From Escherichia coli (GTDB lineage: Bacteria > Pseudomonadota > Gammaproteobacteria > Enterobacterales > Enterobacteriaceae), in the NCBI RefSeq assembly GCF_044647545.1, contig NZ_CP172818.1: DNA of 64,000 nt. One strand, given 5' to 3'. The notes under the pieces are model-generated. The model was not told where the DNA came from, did not search any database, and saw only the letters and a program-made list of their open reading frames with translations. Made by a program: the position numbers and the translations under genes. Position 1 is the stretch's first letter, and every line of letters begins with the position of its first letter. This document shows, in pieces, positions 13,476-27,040 of the stretch.

Positions 13476-14020
13476 TGCTTACTCATCAAAAGTAGCGCCA
13501 GATTCACTGCTCTTCACGGCAGATGGACGCCACATCGATTCATGGGGAGGAATAAAAAAAACCTTACAATCACTGTAGAAATTCTTTTATACAGCTAATT
13601 GATGTGGTCTTTTACTCCTTTCTATAACCTTTTGTCAACTTTAACAAAAGTTTCTTCACATTAGTTTACATAATATCAACACCATTAGCATTTAATGCCC
13701 TTTCACCCCAGATCCTTGACGACTCCAGGATAATTAGATGTTGTTGAATCGTGTCCGTTGTGAAGCAATGGAAAAAATACGGGTCTATTTTGACAGGAAT
13801 TTGTGTCGATTCCTCCCCCCAAAAGAGAGTATTTTCTTGATCTGTGACACGCTTTTGTCATTCCATAACAAAAACGCAGCAACAAATTTACGTATTTTTT
13901 AACATCATTGTAGCAGGTGATTTTTTTCAGGCGATTATTTGTGCGTTCAGGACGTGAATCTCTGGTGACTGAAAAATGAACAGTTTTGTGCGTTCTGCAC
14001 GATACGAGGAAGGCTTTTTA
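13476..14020 (-). promoter_or_regulatory. nuo operon promoter and long leader region
   Basis: About 550 bp of AT-rich non-coding DNA upstream of nuoA with A/T tracts; position only, individual sites not resolved. Confidence 0.45.
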
Positions 14021-14022
14021 CT

Positions 14023-14060
14023 AAAAAAAAGCCGCTGGGGTTTAAAATCCCTCCAGCGGC
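14023..14060 (-). terminator. Rho-independent terminator downstream of lrhA
   Basis: 8-bp stem gccgctgg/ccagcggc; on the minus strand the hairpin is followed by a run of 8 U. Confidence 0.6.
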
Positions 14061-14104
14061 TCGTTTTTACACTATTGTTCCAGGAATTATCTATCGTCCG
14101 TCGA

Positions 14105-15962
<1,858 letters not shown>

Positions 15963-17180
15963 ATGTCCCCCATTGAAAAATCCAGCAAATTAGAGAATGT
16001 CTGTTACGACATCCGTGGTCCGGTGCTGAAAGAAGCAAAACGCCTGGAAGAAGAAGGTAACAAGGTACTGAAACTGAACATCGGCAACCCTGCCCCGTTC
16101 GGTTTTGACGCGCCAGATGAAATCCTCGTTGACGTGATTCGCAACCTGCCTACCGCTCAAGGGTATTGCGATTCCAAAGGGCTTTACTCCGCGCGTAAAG
16201 CCATCATGCAGCACTACCAGGCTCGTGGCATGCGTGATGTTACCGTGGAAGATATTTACATCGGCAATGGTGTATCGGAGCTTATCGTTCAGGCAATGCA
16301 GGCATTGCTGAACAGCGGGGACGAAATGTTGGTTCCTGCACCTGATTACCCACTATGGACCGCGGCGGTTTCGCTCTCCAGCGGTAAAGCGGTGCATTAT
16401 CTTTGCGATGAATCCTCTGACTGGTTCCCGGACCTTGATGATATTCGCGCTAAAATTACGCCTCGTACGCGTGGGATCGTTATTATCAACCCAAATAACC
16501 CAACCGGCGCGGTATATTCCAAAGAGCTTTTAATGGAGATAGTGGAGATTGCACGTCAGCATAATCTCATTATCTTCGCCGATGAAATTTATGACAAAAT
16601 TCTCTACGACGACGCTGAGCATCACTCAATTGCGCCGTTGGCACCTGACCTGCTGACCATTACCTTTAACGGCCTGTCGAAAACATACCGCGTTGCAGGC
16701 TTCCGTCAGGGGTGGATGGTGTTGAACGGGCCGAAAAAACACGCCAAAGGCTACATCGAAGGTCTGGAAATGCTGGCTTCAATGCGCCTGTGTGCTAACG
16801 TTCCTGCGCAACACGCCATTCAGACCGCGCTGGGCGGTTATCAGAGCATCAGTGAATTTATTACCCCTGGCGGTCGTCTTTATGAGCAGCGTAACCGCGC
16901 ATGGGAATTGATCAATGATATTCCGGGCGTTTCCTGCGTGAAACCGCGCGGTGCGCTGTACATGTTCCCGAAAATCGACGCCAGGCGCTTTAACATTCAC
17001 GACGATCAGAAAATGGTGCTGGATTTCCTGTTGCAGGAAAAAGTTCTGTTGGTGCAAGGGACGGCATTCAACTGGCCGTGGCCGGATCACTTCCGCATTG
17101 TCACGCTACCGCGTGTCGATGATATCGAGCTGTCTTTGAGTAAGTTCGCGCGTTTCCTTTCTGGTTATCATCAGCTGTAA
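15963..17180 (+). CDS. alaA: Glutamate-pyruvate aminotransferase (class I PLP aminotransferase)
   Basis: 405-aa ORF with aminotransferase class I/II features; synteny. Confidence 0.92.
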   Translation: MSPIEKSSKLENVCYDIRGPVLKEAKRLEEEGNKVLKLNIGNPAPFGFDAPDEILVDVIRNLPTAQGYCDSKGLYSARKAIMQHYQARGMRDVTVEDIYIGNGVSELIVQAMQALLNSGDEMLVPAPDYPLWTAAVSLSSGKAVHYLCDESSDWFPDLDDIRAKITPRTRGIVIINPNNPTGAVYSKELLMEIVEIARQHNLIIFADEIYDKILYDDAEHHSIAPLAPDLLTITFNGLSKTYRVAGFRQGWMVLNGPKKHAKGYIEGLEMLASMRLCANVPAQHAIQTALGGYQSISEFITPGGRLYEQRNRAWELINDIPGVSCVKPRGALYMFPKIDARRFNIHDDQKMVLDFLLQEKVLLVQGTAFNWPWPDHFRIVTLPRVDDIELSLSKFARFLSGYHQL

Positions 17181-17189
17181 TCTTAATTT

Positions 17190-17216
17190 CACTGCCGGAG
17201 ATTGCATCCGGCAGTG
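17190..17216 (+). terminator. Hairpin downstream of alaA (possible terminator)
   Basis: Perfect 10-bp stem cactgccgga/tccggcagtg with 7-nt loop; weak U tract. Confidence 0.4.
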
Positions 17217-17263
17217 TTATCCCGCCACAATGACCTGATGATGTCATCATACGTAAGGTCACT

Positions 17264-17863
17264 ATGAAACAGAGCCATTTTTTTGCCCATCTCTCCCGCC
17301 TGAAACTCATTAACCGCTGGCCGCTAATGCGCAACGTGCGGACGGAAAATGTGTCCGAACACAGTTTGCAGGTAGCGATGGTCGCCCATGCGCTGGCTGC
17401 TATCAAAAATCGGAAATTTGGCGGTAATGTCAACGCCGAACGTATCGCTTTACTGGCGATGTACCACGATGCCTCAGAAGTGCTCACCGGCGATCTCCCT
17501 ACTCCGGTGAAATACTTCAATGCGCAAATCGCTCAGGAGTACAAGGCGATTGAAAAAATCGCTCAGCAAAAACTGGTCGATATGGTTCCGGAAGAGCTGC
17601 GGGATATCTTTGCGCCGTTAATTGACGAGCATGCATATAGCGATGAAGAAAAATCGCTGGTGAAACAGGCAGATGCACTGTGTGCATATCTGAAATGTCT
17701 GGAAGAACTCGCGGCGGGAAATAATGAATTCTTGCTGGCAAAAACGCGACTGGAAGCGACGCTTGAAGCGCGCCGCAGCCAGGAGATGGACTACTTCATG
17801 GAAGTCTTTGTTCCCAGCTTCCATCTTTCGCTCGATGAGATTAGCCAGGATTCACCGCTGTAA
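17264..17863 (+). CDS. yfbR: 5'-deoxynucleotidase, HD-domain phosphohydrolase
   Basis: 199 aa; HD motif ([13 protein letters not shown] ... [10 protein letters not shown]). Confidence 0.9.
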   Translation: MKQSHFFAHLSRLKLINRWPLMRNVRTENVSEHSLQVAMVAHALAAIKNRKFGGNVNAERIALLAMYHDASEVLTGDLPTPVKYFNAQIAQEYKAIEKIAQQKLVDMVPEELRDIFAPLIDEHAYSDEEKSLVKQADALCAYLKCLEELAAGNNEFLLAKTRLEATLEARRSQEMDYFMEVFVPSFHLSLDEISQDSPL

Positions 17864-17878
17864 GCAGCTGGAGTCTGC

Positions 17879-17909
17879 GTCGCATCAGGCAATAAGCGCC
17901 GGATGCGAC
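17879..17909. repeat. REP-like hairpin between convergent yfbR and yfbS
   Basis: gtcgcatc ... gatgcgac inverted repeat with GC-rich loop. Confidence 0.4.
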
Positions 17910-17921
17910 ATCAGCCTCTTG

Positions 17922-19754
17922 TCAAAACGGAAACAGCATCGGGATCATCACCACACAAACCGCCATCACGATAATGGTGAACGGTACCCCCAACTTCACA
18001 AAGTCACTGAAGCTGTAATTTCCCGGACCTAAAACCAGTGTGTTAACAGGTGAAGAAACCGGCGTCATAAAGGCGGCGGATGCTGCCATCGCCACGACCA
18101 TCGCGAATGGGTAAGGCGACACACCCATCGTTTTGGCAGCAGCCAGCGCAATCGGAGCCATCAACACCGCCGTCGCGGTATTAGAGATAAACAGCCCAAT
18201 AACCGCCGACAGGACAAACAAACAACCCAGCATCATATGTGGCCCGTAACCGCCGCCAATGTCCATCAGCCCTTTCACCGCCAGCGCGACACCTCCCGTT
18301 TTCTGTAATGCCACAGCAAACGGCATCATCCCAACGATCAAAATAATGCTCGGCCAGTGAATGGATTTATAGGCGCTTTCAGCATCGATACAGCGGAATT
18401 TCCCCATCAGCAGGCAGGCGATGATAGCGGCAACAGGATTAGGGATTTCATCGGTAAGCATTAACGCCACCATCAACACCAGGCAAAAAATGGCATGAGG
18501 TGCCTGACTGTGTGCTGGCGATGCTTCACTCACTTCTTCTGGTAAGTTCAGCGCCACAAAGTCACGCCCCTGTTTTGCCAGCATACCGATCAGTTTCCAG
18601 TTACCCACAACCAGGATGATATCGCCCAGCAGCAGAGGCTCATCCGCCAGCGAACCTTCCATCGCCTCGCCATTGCGCTTTAGCCCCACCACATTCAGTC
18701 CGTAGCGGGTACGAAAACCAATTTCGCGCACCGATTTACCAATAAGTTCAGACTCAGGAATTAATGAAATCTCTGCCATGCCCACATCAAGGGCCTGGTC
18801 AGAAAAATACTCGCCGCGCAGTACCATCGGCTCCAGCAATTGCTCACTACAAAATTGCCGGAGATCGACATCAGCCGCAGACATATCAATAAGCAAAACG
18901 TCACGCGCGCGAAATTCAGAAACCCCATTAACGTTCACGATAACGCGACGAAAACGCCGCCAGCGTTCAACACCGATGACGTTAGCGCCATAACGCTCAC
19001 GTAATTTGAGATCGTCCAGCCGTTGACCAATCATTGGCGAACCGGGGCGAATAGCCAGACGACGCGCACGCCCGGTCAGTCGATATTCACGGATAAGATC
19101 GCGAAAGGTTCGACGCGTCCAGCCTTCGCGCTGCGGGGTCTGGGTATCCCCTTTCAGCATGAAACGCATCACTAACATATACAAAATACCCAGCACCAGC
19201 ACGACCAGGCCAATAGGTGTTACGCTAAAGAAACTAAAACCATGATAGCCTTCACGCAGCAATTCACTGTTGACTACCAGGTTCGGCGGCGTCGCCACCA
19301 GCGTCATCATGCCGCTTATCAGCCCGGCAAAACTTAACGGCATCATCAGGCGCGACGGCGACGTTTGCATACGCATGGCAACGCTTAACACCACGGGAAT
19401 AAAGATAGCGACAACGCCGGTTGAACTCATAAACGCGCCAAGCCCCGCGACGGTCAGCATCAACAAAACCAACATTTTGATTTCACTGTTGCCCGCCACT
19501 TTGACCAGCCATGTCCCCATTACAGTGGCAACACCGGTACGGACCAAACCATCGCCAATAATGAACAAGGCGGCAATCAGGACAACGTTAGGATCGGAAA
19601 AGCCGGAAAATACTTCGGGGACCGTCAGCGTTCCGCTTAATGCAAACGCGACAATAACAAACAAAGCGACCGCATCCATACGCACTCTGCCCGTCGCAAA
19701 CAAGACGATGGCAACGGCCAGTAATGAAAGAACCCAAATCAATTCACCGTTCAC
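17922..19754 (-). CDS. yfbS: Putative anion transporter with internal TrkA-C (RCK_C) domains
   Basis: 610-aa ORF; hydrophobic N- and C-terminal halves flanking a charged central segment. Confidence 0.88.
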   Translation of the reverse strand: MNGELIWVLSLLAVAIVLFATGRVRMDAVALFVIVAFALSGTLTVPEVFSGFSDPNVVLIAALFIIGDGLVRTGVATVMGTWLVKVAGNSEIKMLVLLMLTVAGLGAFMSSTGVVAIFIPVVLSVAMRMQTSPSRLMMPLSFAGLISGMMTLVATPPNLVVNSELLREGYHGFSFFSVTPIGLVVLVLGILYMLVMRFMLKGDTQTPQREGWTRRTFRDLIREYRLTGRARRLAIRPGSPMIGQRLDDLKLRERYGANVIGVERWRRFRRVIVNVNGVSEFRARDVLLIDMSAADVDLRQFCSEQLLEPMVLRGEYFSDQALDVGMAEISLIPESELIGKSVREIGFRTRYGLNVVGLKRNGEAMEGSLADEPLLLGDIILVVGNWKLIGMLAKQGRDFVALNLPEEVSEASPAHSQAPHAIFCLVLMVALMLTDEIPNPVAAIIACLLMGKFRCIDAESAYKSIHWPSIILIVGMMPFAVALQKTGGVALAVKGLMDIGGGYGPHMMLGCLFVLSAVIGLFISNTATAVLMAPIALAAAKTMGVSPYPFAMVVAMAASAAFMTPVSSPVNTLVLGPGNYSFSDFVKLGVPFTIIVMAVCVVMIPMLFPF

Positions 19755-19797
19755 AACTTATCCTTGTTAATTGAGGGGGATGACTTGATTCTGCCAT

Positions 19798-19821
19798 AAA
19801 AAAGCCCCGACGAGACGGGGC
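19798..19821 (-). terminator. Rho-independent terminator downstream of yfbT
   Basis: Stem gccccg/cggggc; on minus strand followed by 6 U. Confidence 0.55.
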
Positions 19822-19840
19822 TAAATCATGATCAGGTGTT

Positions 19841-20491
19841 TCACTGAATAATAACATCGCCATTTGGCTGTTTGGTCACAGTAATTTGCTCCAGACTGTG
19901 GAGGACCAAATCGACCTCATTCAGGCGCGGGGTATCTGCCGGAGCGTTAACCGCAATGACATGGCAACCCGCCGCCAGGCCAGAAAGCACGCCAGCGGGA
20001 GCATCTTCCACCACTACACACTCCTGCGGCGCAAGCCCCAGCAGCTGCGCGCCTAGCAGATACGCATCAGGTTCTGGTTTTCCGCGCTTCACTCGCTCAG
20101 CGGTCACAAACACCTCTGGCGCGGGAAGCCCAGCTATTTTATGGCGCGCTCGCGCTACCGGCATGGAGCCAGAAGTCACAATGGCCCACGGAATACCTGC
20201 TTTATTCAAATGATTGAGTAAGGCGATTGCCCCCGGAAGCGCGGTAATACCCTCGGTTTCCGTGGCCTCGATTTGCTCCAGACGCGTAAACTCGGCGGCA
20301 ATATCAGCCTCGGATTTGCCCGCCATAAAATGGCGCAGAGAGGTGATCGCCTGTTTACCGTGAATGAAAGCCAGCACCTCTTCCGGCGCTAACCCATGAC
20401 GTCTGGCCCAGTTGCTCCACGCCCGCTCTACCGCAGGCAGGGAATCCACCAGCGTTCCATCAAGATCAAACAGAAAACCTTTGCACCGCAC
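19841..20491 (-). CDS. yfbT: HAD-superfamily sugar phosphatase
   Basis: 216 aa; DxDGT motif (FLFDLDGTLVDS). Confidence 0.9.
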   Translation of the reverse strand: MRCKGFLFDLDGTLVDSLPAVERAWSNWARRHGLAPEEVLAFIHGKQAITSLRHFMAGKSEADIAAEFTRLEQIEATETEGITALPGAIALLNHLNKAGIPWAIVTSGSMPVARARHKIAGLPAPEVFVTAERVKRGKPEPDAYLLGAQLLGLAPQECVVVEDAPAGVLSGLAAGCHVIAVNAPADTPRLNEVDLVLHSLEQITVTKQPNGDVIIQ

Positions 20492-20501
20492 GCGGGCCTC
20501 C

Positions 20502-21058
<557 letters not shown>

Positions 21059-21079
21059 ATATGCGTAATCAGGGGTCAA

Positions 21080-21535
21080 TTACAAATCATCAAGGAAAGT
21101 TTTATCCAGTTGTTTGAAGGCGCGCTTAAGCGTGTCAGCTAATGCCTGGTAATCAGGCTTGCCTTCAACGGGTGCCAACACCTGTCCAGACTCCTGTAAT
21201 TTACCGCGAACTTCATAAAACCAGTTGAGGATAGCAGGGGGTAATGGCGTTACAGAACGCTTGCCCAGCCACCACAATCCCTGCATGGGTAAACTTAAAG
21301 CGAACAGCGCAGTGGCAACTGCCGGCCCAAGCTGACCGCCCAGGGCAATCTGCCAGCAGAGAGTAAATACGGCGATCGGCGGCATAAAACGGATCGCATA
21401 ACGCGTCATCTTGATAACGCGATTTTCGACAAAGACCGGGGCAAGGCGTTTTTCCAGCGGCCACGTCTTTGAGTAATGCTGTCCCCGGCGAAACAAGCTA
21501 AAAAAATTAACAGAACGATTATCCGGCGTTGACAT
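21080..21535 (-). CDS. yfbV: Inner-membrane protein, UPF0208 family
   Basis: 151-aa ORF with hydrophobic segments; synteny. Confidence 0.88.
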
Positions 21536-21537
21536 GC

Positions 21538-21553
21538 TTCACCTCAACTTCAC
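21538..21553. promoter_or_regulatory. TTCAC-N6-TTCAC direct repeat (cre-tag-like, CreB-type site)
   Basis: ttcacctcaacttcac immediately upstream of yfbV start, in the yfbV/ackA divergent region. Confidence 0.4.
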
Positions 21554-21872
21554 ATATAAAGATTCAAAAATTTGTGCAAATTCACAACTCAGCGGGACAA
21601 CGTTCAAAACATTTTGTCTTCCATACCCACTATCAGGTATCCTTTAGCAGCCTGAAGGCCTAAGTAGTACATATTCATTGAGTCGTCAAATTCATATACA
21701 TTATGCCATTGGCTGAAAATTACGCAAAATGGCATAGACTCAAGATATTTCTTCCATCATGCAAAAAAAATTTGCAGTGCATGATGTTAATCATAAATGT
21801 CGGTGTCATCATGCGCTACGCTCTATGGCTCCCTGACGTTTTTTTAGCCACGTATCAATTATAGGTACTTCC

Positions 21873-23075
21873 ATGTCGAGTAAGTTAGTACTGGTTCTGA
21901 ACTGCGGTAGTTCTTCACTGAAATTTGCAATCATCGATGCAGTAAATGGTGAAGAGTACCTTTCTGGTTTAGCCGAATGTTTCCACCTGCCCGAAGCACG
22001 TATCAAATGGAAAATGGACGGCAATAAACAGGAAGCGGCTTTAGGTGCAGGCGCCGCTCACAGCGAAGCGCTCAACTTTATCGTTAATACTATTCTGGCA
22101 CAAAAACCAGAACTGTCTGCGCAGTTGACTGCTATCGGTCACCGTATCGTACACGGCGGCGAAAAGTATACCAGCTCCGTAGTGATCGATGAGTCTGTTA
22201 TTCAGGGTATCAAAGATGCAGCTTCTTTTGCACCGCTGCACAACCCGGCTCACCTGATCGGTATCGAAGAAGCTCTGAAATCTTTCCCACAGCTGAAAGA
22301 CAAAAACGTTGCTGTATTTGACACCGCGTTCCACCAGACTATGCCGGAAGAGTCTTACCTCTACGCCCTGCCGTACAACCTGTACAAAGAGCACGGCATC
22401 CGTCGTTACGGCGCGCACGGCACCAGCCACTTCTATGTAACCCAGGAAGCGGCAAAAATGCTGAACAAACCGGTAGAAGAACTGAACATCATCACCTGCC
22501 ACCTGGGCAACGGTGGTTCCGTTTCTGCTATCCGCAACGGTAAATGCGTTGACACCTCTATGGGCCTGACCCCGCTGGAAGGTCTGGTCATGGGTACCCG
22601 TTCTGGTGATATCGATCCGGCGATCATCTTCCACCTGCACGACACCCTGGGCATGAGCGTTGACGCAATCAACAAACTGCTGACCAAAGAGTCTGGCCTG
22701 CTGGGTCTGACCGAAGTGACCAGCGACTGCCGCTATGTTGAAGACAACTACGCGACGAAAGAAGACGCGAAGCGCGCAATGGACGTTTACTGCCACCGCC
22801 TGGCGAAATACATCGGTGCCTACACTGCGCTGATGGATGGTCGTCTGGACGCTGTTGTATTCACCGGTGGTATCGGTGAAAATGCCGCGATGGTTCGTGA
22901 ACTGTCTCTGGGCAAACTGGGCGTGCTGGGCTTTGAAGTTGATCATGAACGCAACCTGGCTGCACGTTTCGGCAAATCTGGTTTCATCAACAAAGAAGGT
23001 ACCCGTCCTGCGGTGGTTATCCCAACCAACGAAGAACTGGTTATCGCGCAAGACGCGAGCCGCCTGACTGCCTGA
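21873..23075 (+). CDS. ackA: Acetate kinase
   Basis: 400 aa; N-terminal [14 protein letters not shown] motif. Confidence 0.96.
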   Translation: MSSKLVLVLNCGSSSLKFAIIDAVNGEEYLSGLAECFHLPEARIKWKMDGNKQEAALGAGAAHSEALNFIVNTILAQKPELSAQLTAIGHRIVHGGEKYTSSVVIDESVIQGIKDAASFAPLHNPAHLIGIEEALKSFPQLKDKNVAVFDTAFHQTMPEESYLYALPYNLYKEHGIRRYGAHGTSHFYVTQEAAKMLNKPVEELNIITCHLGNGGSVSAIRNGKCVDTSMGLTPLEGLVMGTRSGDIDPAIIFHLHDTLGMSVDAINKLLTKESGLLGLTEVTSDCRYVEDNYATKEDAKRAMDVYCHRLAKYIGAYTALMDGRLDAVVFTGGIGENAAMVRELSLGKLGVLGFEVDHERNLAARFGKSGFINKEGTRPAVVIPTNEELVIAQDASRLTA

Positions 23076-23080
23076 TTTCA

Positions 23081-23112
23081 CACCGCCAGCTCAGCTGGCG
23101 GTGCTGTTTTGT
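23081..23112 (+). terminator. Hairpin in ackA-pta spacer (partial terminator/attenuator)
   Basis: Stem caccgccagc/gctggcggtg followed by ctgtttt. Confidence 0.4.
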
Positions 23113-23149
23113 AACCCGCCAAATCGGCGGTAACGAAAGAGGATAAACC

Positions 23150-25294
23150 GTGTCCCGTATTATTATGCTGATCCCTACCGGAACCAGCGTCGGTCTGACC
23201 AGCGTCAGCCTTGGCGTGATCCGTGCAATGGAACGCAAAGGCGTTCGTCTGAGCGTTTTCAAACCTATCGCTCAGCCGCGTACCGGTGGCGATGCGCCCG
23301 ATCAGACTACGACTATCGTGCGTGCGAACTCTTCCACCACGACGGCCGCTGAACCGCTGAAAATGAGCTACGTTGAAGGTCTGCTTTCCAGCAATCAGAA
23401 AGATGTGCTGATGGAAGAGATCGTCGCGAACTACCACGCTAACACCAAAGACGCTGAAGTCGTTCTGGTTGAAGGTCTGGTCCCGACACGTAAACACCAG
23501 TTTGCCCAGTCTCTGAACTACGAAATCGCTAAAACGCTGAATGCGGAAATCGTCTTCGTTATGTCTCAGGGCACTGATACTCCGGAACAGTTGAAAGAGC
23601 GTATCGAACTGACTCGCAACAGCTTCGGCGGTGCAAAAAACACCAATATTACCGGCGTTATCGTTAACAAACTGAACGCTCCGGTTGATGAGCAGGGTCG
23701 TACCCGTCCGGATCTGTCCGAGATTTTTGACGACTCCACCAAAGCAAAAGTGAACAACGTTGATCCGGCGAAGCTGCAAGAATCCAGCCCGCTGCCGGTT
23801 CTCGGCGCTGTGCCGTGGAGCTTTGACCTGATCGCGACTCGTGCGATCGATATGGCTCGCCACCTGAATGCGACCATCATCAACGAAGGCGACATCAATA
23901 CTCGCCGCGTTAAATCCGTCACTTTCTGCGCACGCAGCATTCCGCACATGCTGGAGCACTTCCGTGCCGGTTCTCTGCTGGTGACTTCCGCAGACCGCCC
24001 TGACGTGCTGGTTGCCGCTTGCCTGGCTGCCATGAACGGCGTAGAAATCGGTGCCCTGCTGCTGACTGGCGGCTACGAAATGGACGCGCGCATTTCTAAA
24101 CTGTGCGAACGTGCTTTCGCTACTGGCCTGCCGGTATTTATGGTGAACACCAACACCTGGCAGACCTCTCTGAGCCTGCAGAGCTTCAACCTGGAAGTTC
24201 CGGTTGACGATCATGAGCGTATCGAGAAAGTTCAGGAATACGTGGCTAACTACATCAACGCTGACTGGATCGATTCTCTGACTGCCACTTCTGAGCGCAG
24301 CCGTCGTCTGTCTCCGCCAGCGTTCCGTTATCAGCTGACTGAACTTGCGCGCAAAGCGGGCAAACGTATCGTTCTGCCGGAAGGTGACGAACCGCGTACC
24401 GTTAAAGCAGCCGCTATCTGTGCTGAACGTGGTATCGCAACTTGCGTACTGCTGGGTAATCCGGCAGAGATCAACCGTGTTGCAGCCTCTCAGGGTGTAG
24501 AACTGGGTGCAGGCATTGAAATCGTTGATCCAGAAGTGGTTCGCGAAAACTATGTTGGTCGTCTGGTCGAACTGCGTAAGAACAAAGGCATGACCGAAAC
24601 CGTTGCCCGCGAACAGCTGGAAGACAACGTGGTTCTCGGTACGCTGATGCTGGAACAAGATGAAGTTGATGGTCTGGTTTCCGGTGCTGTTCACACCACC
24701 GCAAACACCATCCGTCCGCCGCTGCAGCTGATCAAAACTGCACCGGGCAGTTCCCTGGTATCTTCCGTGTTCTTCATGCTGTTGCCGGAACAGGTTTACG
24801 TTTACGGTGACTGTGCGATCAACCCGGATCCGACTGCAGAACAGCTGGCAGAAATCGCGATTCAGTCCGCTGATTCCGCTGCGGCCTTCGGTATCGAACC
24901 GCGCGTTGCTATGCTCTCCTACTCCACCGGTACTTCTGGTGCTGGTAGCGACGTAGAAAAAGTTCGCGAAGCAACTCGTCTGGCGCAGGAAAAACGTCCT
25001 GACCTGATGATCGACGGTCCGCTGCAGTACGACGCTGCGGTAATGGCTGACGTTGCGAAATCCAAAGCGCCGAACTCTCCGGTTGCAGGTCGCGCTACCG
25101 TGTTCATCTTCCCGGATCTGAACACCGGTAACACCACCTACAAAGCGGTACAGCGTTCTGCCGATCTGATCTCCATCGGGCCGATGCTGCAGGGTATGCG
25201 CAAGCCGGTTAACGACCTGTCCCGTGGCGCACTGGTTGATGATATCGTCTACACCATCGCGCTGACTGCGATTCAGTCTGCACAGCAGCAGTAA
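23150..25294 (+). CDS. pta: Phosphate acetyltransferase
   Basis: 714-aa ORF from GTG start ([11 protein letters not shown]); C-terminal PTA domain. Confidence 0.96.
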   Translation: MSRIIMLIPTGTSVGLTSVSLGVIRAMERKGVRLSVFKPIAQPRTGGDAPDQTTTIVRANSSTTTAAEPLKMSYVEGLLSSNQKDVLMEEIVANYHANTKDAEVVLVEGLVPTRKHQFAQSLNYEIAKTLNAEIVFVMSQGTDTPEQLKERIELTRNSFGGAKNTNITGVIVNKLNAPVDEQGRTRPDLSEIFDDSTKAKVNNVDPAKLQESSPLPVLGAVPWSFDLIATRAIDMARHLNATIINEGDINTRRVKSVTFCARSIPHMLEHFRAGSLLVTSADRPDVLVAACLAAMNGVEIGALLLTGGYEMDARISKLCERAFATGLPVFMVNTNTWQTSLSLQSFNLEVPVDDHERIEKVQEYVANYINADWIDSLTATSERSRRLSPPAFRYQLTELARKAGKRIVLPEGDEPRTVKAAAICAERGIATCVLLGNPAEINRVAASQGVELGAGIEIVDPEVVRENYVGRLVELRKNKGMTETVAREQLEDNVVLGTLMLEQDEVDGLVSGAVHTTANTIRPPLQLIKTAPGSSLVSSVFFMLLPEQVYVYGDCAINPDPTAEQLAEIAIQSADSAAAFGIEPRVAMLSYSTGTSGAGSDVEKVREATRLAQEKRPDLMIDGPLQYDAAVMADVAKSKAPNSPVAGRATVFIFPDLNTGNTTYKAVQRSADLISIGPMLQGMRKPVNDLSRGALVDDIVYTIALTAIQSAQQQ

Positions 25295-25334
25295 TCTCGT
25301 CATCATCCGCAGCTTTGCGCTGCGGATATCGGAA

Positions 25335-25364
25335 CCGGAAATAGTCACTATTTCCGGTTTTTTA
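25335..25364 (+). terminator. Rho-independent terminator downstream of pta
   Basis: Stem ccggaaatag/ctatttccgg followed by 6 T. Confidence 0.65.
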
Positions 25365-25483
25365 TTCTCTTAATTTGCATTAATCCTTTCTGATTATCTT
25401 GCTTAACTGCGCTGCATCAATGAATTGCGCCATCTCACTTTGCATACTTACCACTTTGTTTTGTGCAAGGGAATATTTGCGCT

Positions 25484-27004
25484 ATGTCCGCAATCACTGA
25501 ATCTAAACCAACAAGAAGATGGGCAATGCCCGATACGTTGGTGATTATCTTTTTTGTTGCCATTTTAACCAGCCTTGCCACCTGGGTAGTTCCGGTGGGC
25601 ATGTTTGACAGTCAGGAAGTGCAGTATCAGGTTGATGGTCAAACAAAAACACGCAAAGTCGTAGATCCACACTCATTCCGCATTCTGACTAACGAAGCAG
25701 GCGAACCTGAGTATCACCGCGTACAACTGTTCACGACGGGCGATGAACGCCCGGGTCTGATGAACTTCCCGTTTGAAGGGTTAACCTCAGGATCGAAATA
25801 CGGGACAGCCGTTGGCATCATCATGTTTATGCTGGTGATTGGCGGCGCGTTTGGCATTGTGATGCGTACAGGAACCATTGATAACGGTATCCTGGCGCTT
25901 ATTCGCCATACTCGCGGGAATGAAATTCTCTTTATTCCTGCGCTGTTTATTCTGTTTTCACTTGGCGGTGCGGTATTTGGTATGGGGGAAGAGGCCGTCG
26001 CCTTTGCCATTATCATCGCACCGCTAATGGTCCGGCTGGGCTATGACAGTATTACCACCGTCCTGGTGACTTATATTGCCACGCAAATCGGTTTTGCCAG
26101 TTCGTGGATGAACCCGTTTTGTGTGGTCGTTGCTCAGGGGATTGCCGGCGTTCCGGTGCTTTCTGGCTCCGGGTTGCGCATCGTGGTATGGGTTATCGCC
26201 ACTCTGATTGGCCTGATCTTTACCATGGTGTACGCCTCACGAGTGAAAAAGAATCCTCTTCTGTCATGCGTGCATGAGTCCGACCGCTTCTTTCGTGAAA
26301 AGCAGGCGGATGTTGAACAACGTCCGTTTACCTTTGGTGACTGGCTGGTATTGATTGTCCTGACCGCCGTAATGGTCTGGGTGATTTGGGGCGTGATCGT
26401 TAATGCCTGGTTTATTCCAGAAATTGCCAGCCAGTTCTTCACCATGGGTCTGGTGATTGGCATCATCGGCGTCGTTTTCCGCCTTAACGGCATGACGGTT
26501 AATACCATGGCTTCATCCTTTACCGAAGGGGCGCGAATGATGATCGCCCCTGCCCTGCTGGTGGGTTTCGCCAAAGGGATTTTGCTGCTGGTCGGTAATG
26601 GTGAAGCGGGTGATGCCAGCGTGTTAAATACCATCCTCAACAGCATTGCCAATGCCATTAGCGGTCTGGATAACGCGGTCGCGGCCTGGTTTATGTTGCT
26701 CTTCCAGGCAGTATTTAATTTCTTCGTGACGTCCGGTTCTGGTCAGGCGGCGTTAACCATGCCGTTACTGGCACCGCTTGGCGATCTGGTCGGTGTTAAC
26801 CGTCAGGTTACCGTGCTGGCGTTCCAGTTTGGTGATGGCTTCAGCCACATCATTTACCCGACCTCAGCTTCGTTAATGGCAACGCTCGGTGTTTGCCGGG
26901 TGGACTTCCGTAACTGGCTGAAGGTGGGCGCGACACTGCTTGGACTGCTGTTTATTATGTCCAGCGTCGTGGTGATCGGCGCTCAGTTGATGGGCTACCA
27001 CTAA
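25484..27004 (+). CDS. yfcC: Putative inner-membrane transporter (YfcC family)
   Basis: ORF 25463..27004; start taken at MSAITESK (506 aa); highly hydrophobic. Confidence 0.88.
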   Translation: MSAITESKPTRRWAMPDTLVIIFFVAILTSLATWVVPVGMFDSQEVQYQVDGQTKTRKVVDPHSFRILTNEAGEPEYHRVQLFTTGDERPGLMNFPFEGLTSGSKYGTAVGIIMFMLVIGGAFGIVMRTGTIDNGILALIRHTRGNEILFIPALFILFSLGGAVFGMGEEAVAFAIIIAPLMVRLGYDSITTVLVTYIATQIGFASSWMNPFCVVVAQGIAGVPVLSGSGLRIVVWVIATLIGLIFTMVYASRVKKNPLLSCVHESDRFFREKQADVEQRPFTFGDWLVLIVLTAVMVWVIWGVIVNAWFIPEIASQFFTMGLVIGIIGVVFRLNGMTVNTMASSFTEGARMMIAPALLVGFAKGILLLVGNGEAGDASVLNTILNSIANAISGLDNAVAAWFMLLFQAVFNFFVTSGSGQAALTMPLLAPLGDLVGVNRQVTVLAFQFGDGFSHIIYPTSASLMATLGVCRVDFRNWLKVGATLLGLLFIMSSVVVIGAQLMGYH

Positions 27005-27040
27005 AAATGTTAAGAGCCGCAATTGCGGCTCTTTTTTTCA
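27003..27040. terminator. Bidirectional terminator shared by convergent yfcC and yfcD
   Basis: Stem agagccgc/gcggctct with 5 A upstream and 7 T downstream; overlaps the yfcD stop codon. Confidence 0.6.

Noticed and set aside
23078-25348. 756-codon ORF antisense to pta, and 346-codon ORF (22041..23081) antisense to ackA
   Set aside because: They exactly shadow strongly supported sense genes; composition is Arg/Gln/His/Val-rich without domain-like structure; long antisense frames are a common stop-codon-depletion artefact opposite highly expressed genes.
25463-25483. Upstream starts from the ORF track for yfcC (25463), also accD (42379), prmB (57058), yfcS (60733)
   Set aside because: ORF-track starts are the first start-like codon after a stop; the internal starts give known-length products, sensible N-termini and do not overlap upstream genes or promoters.
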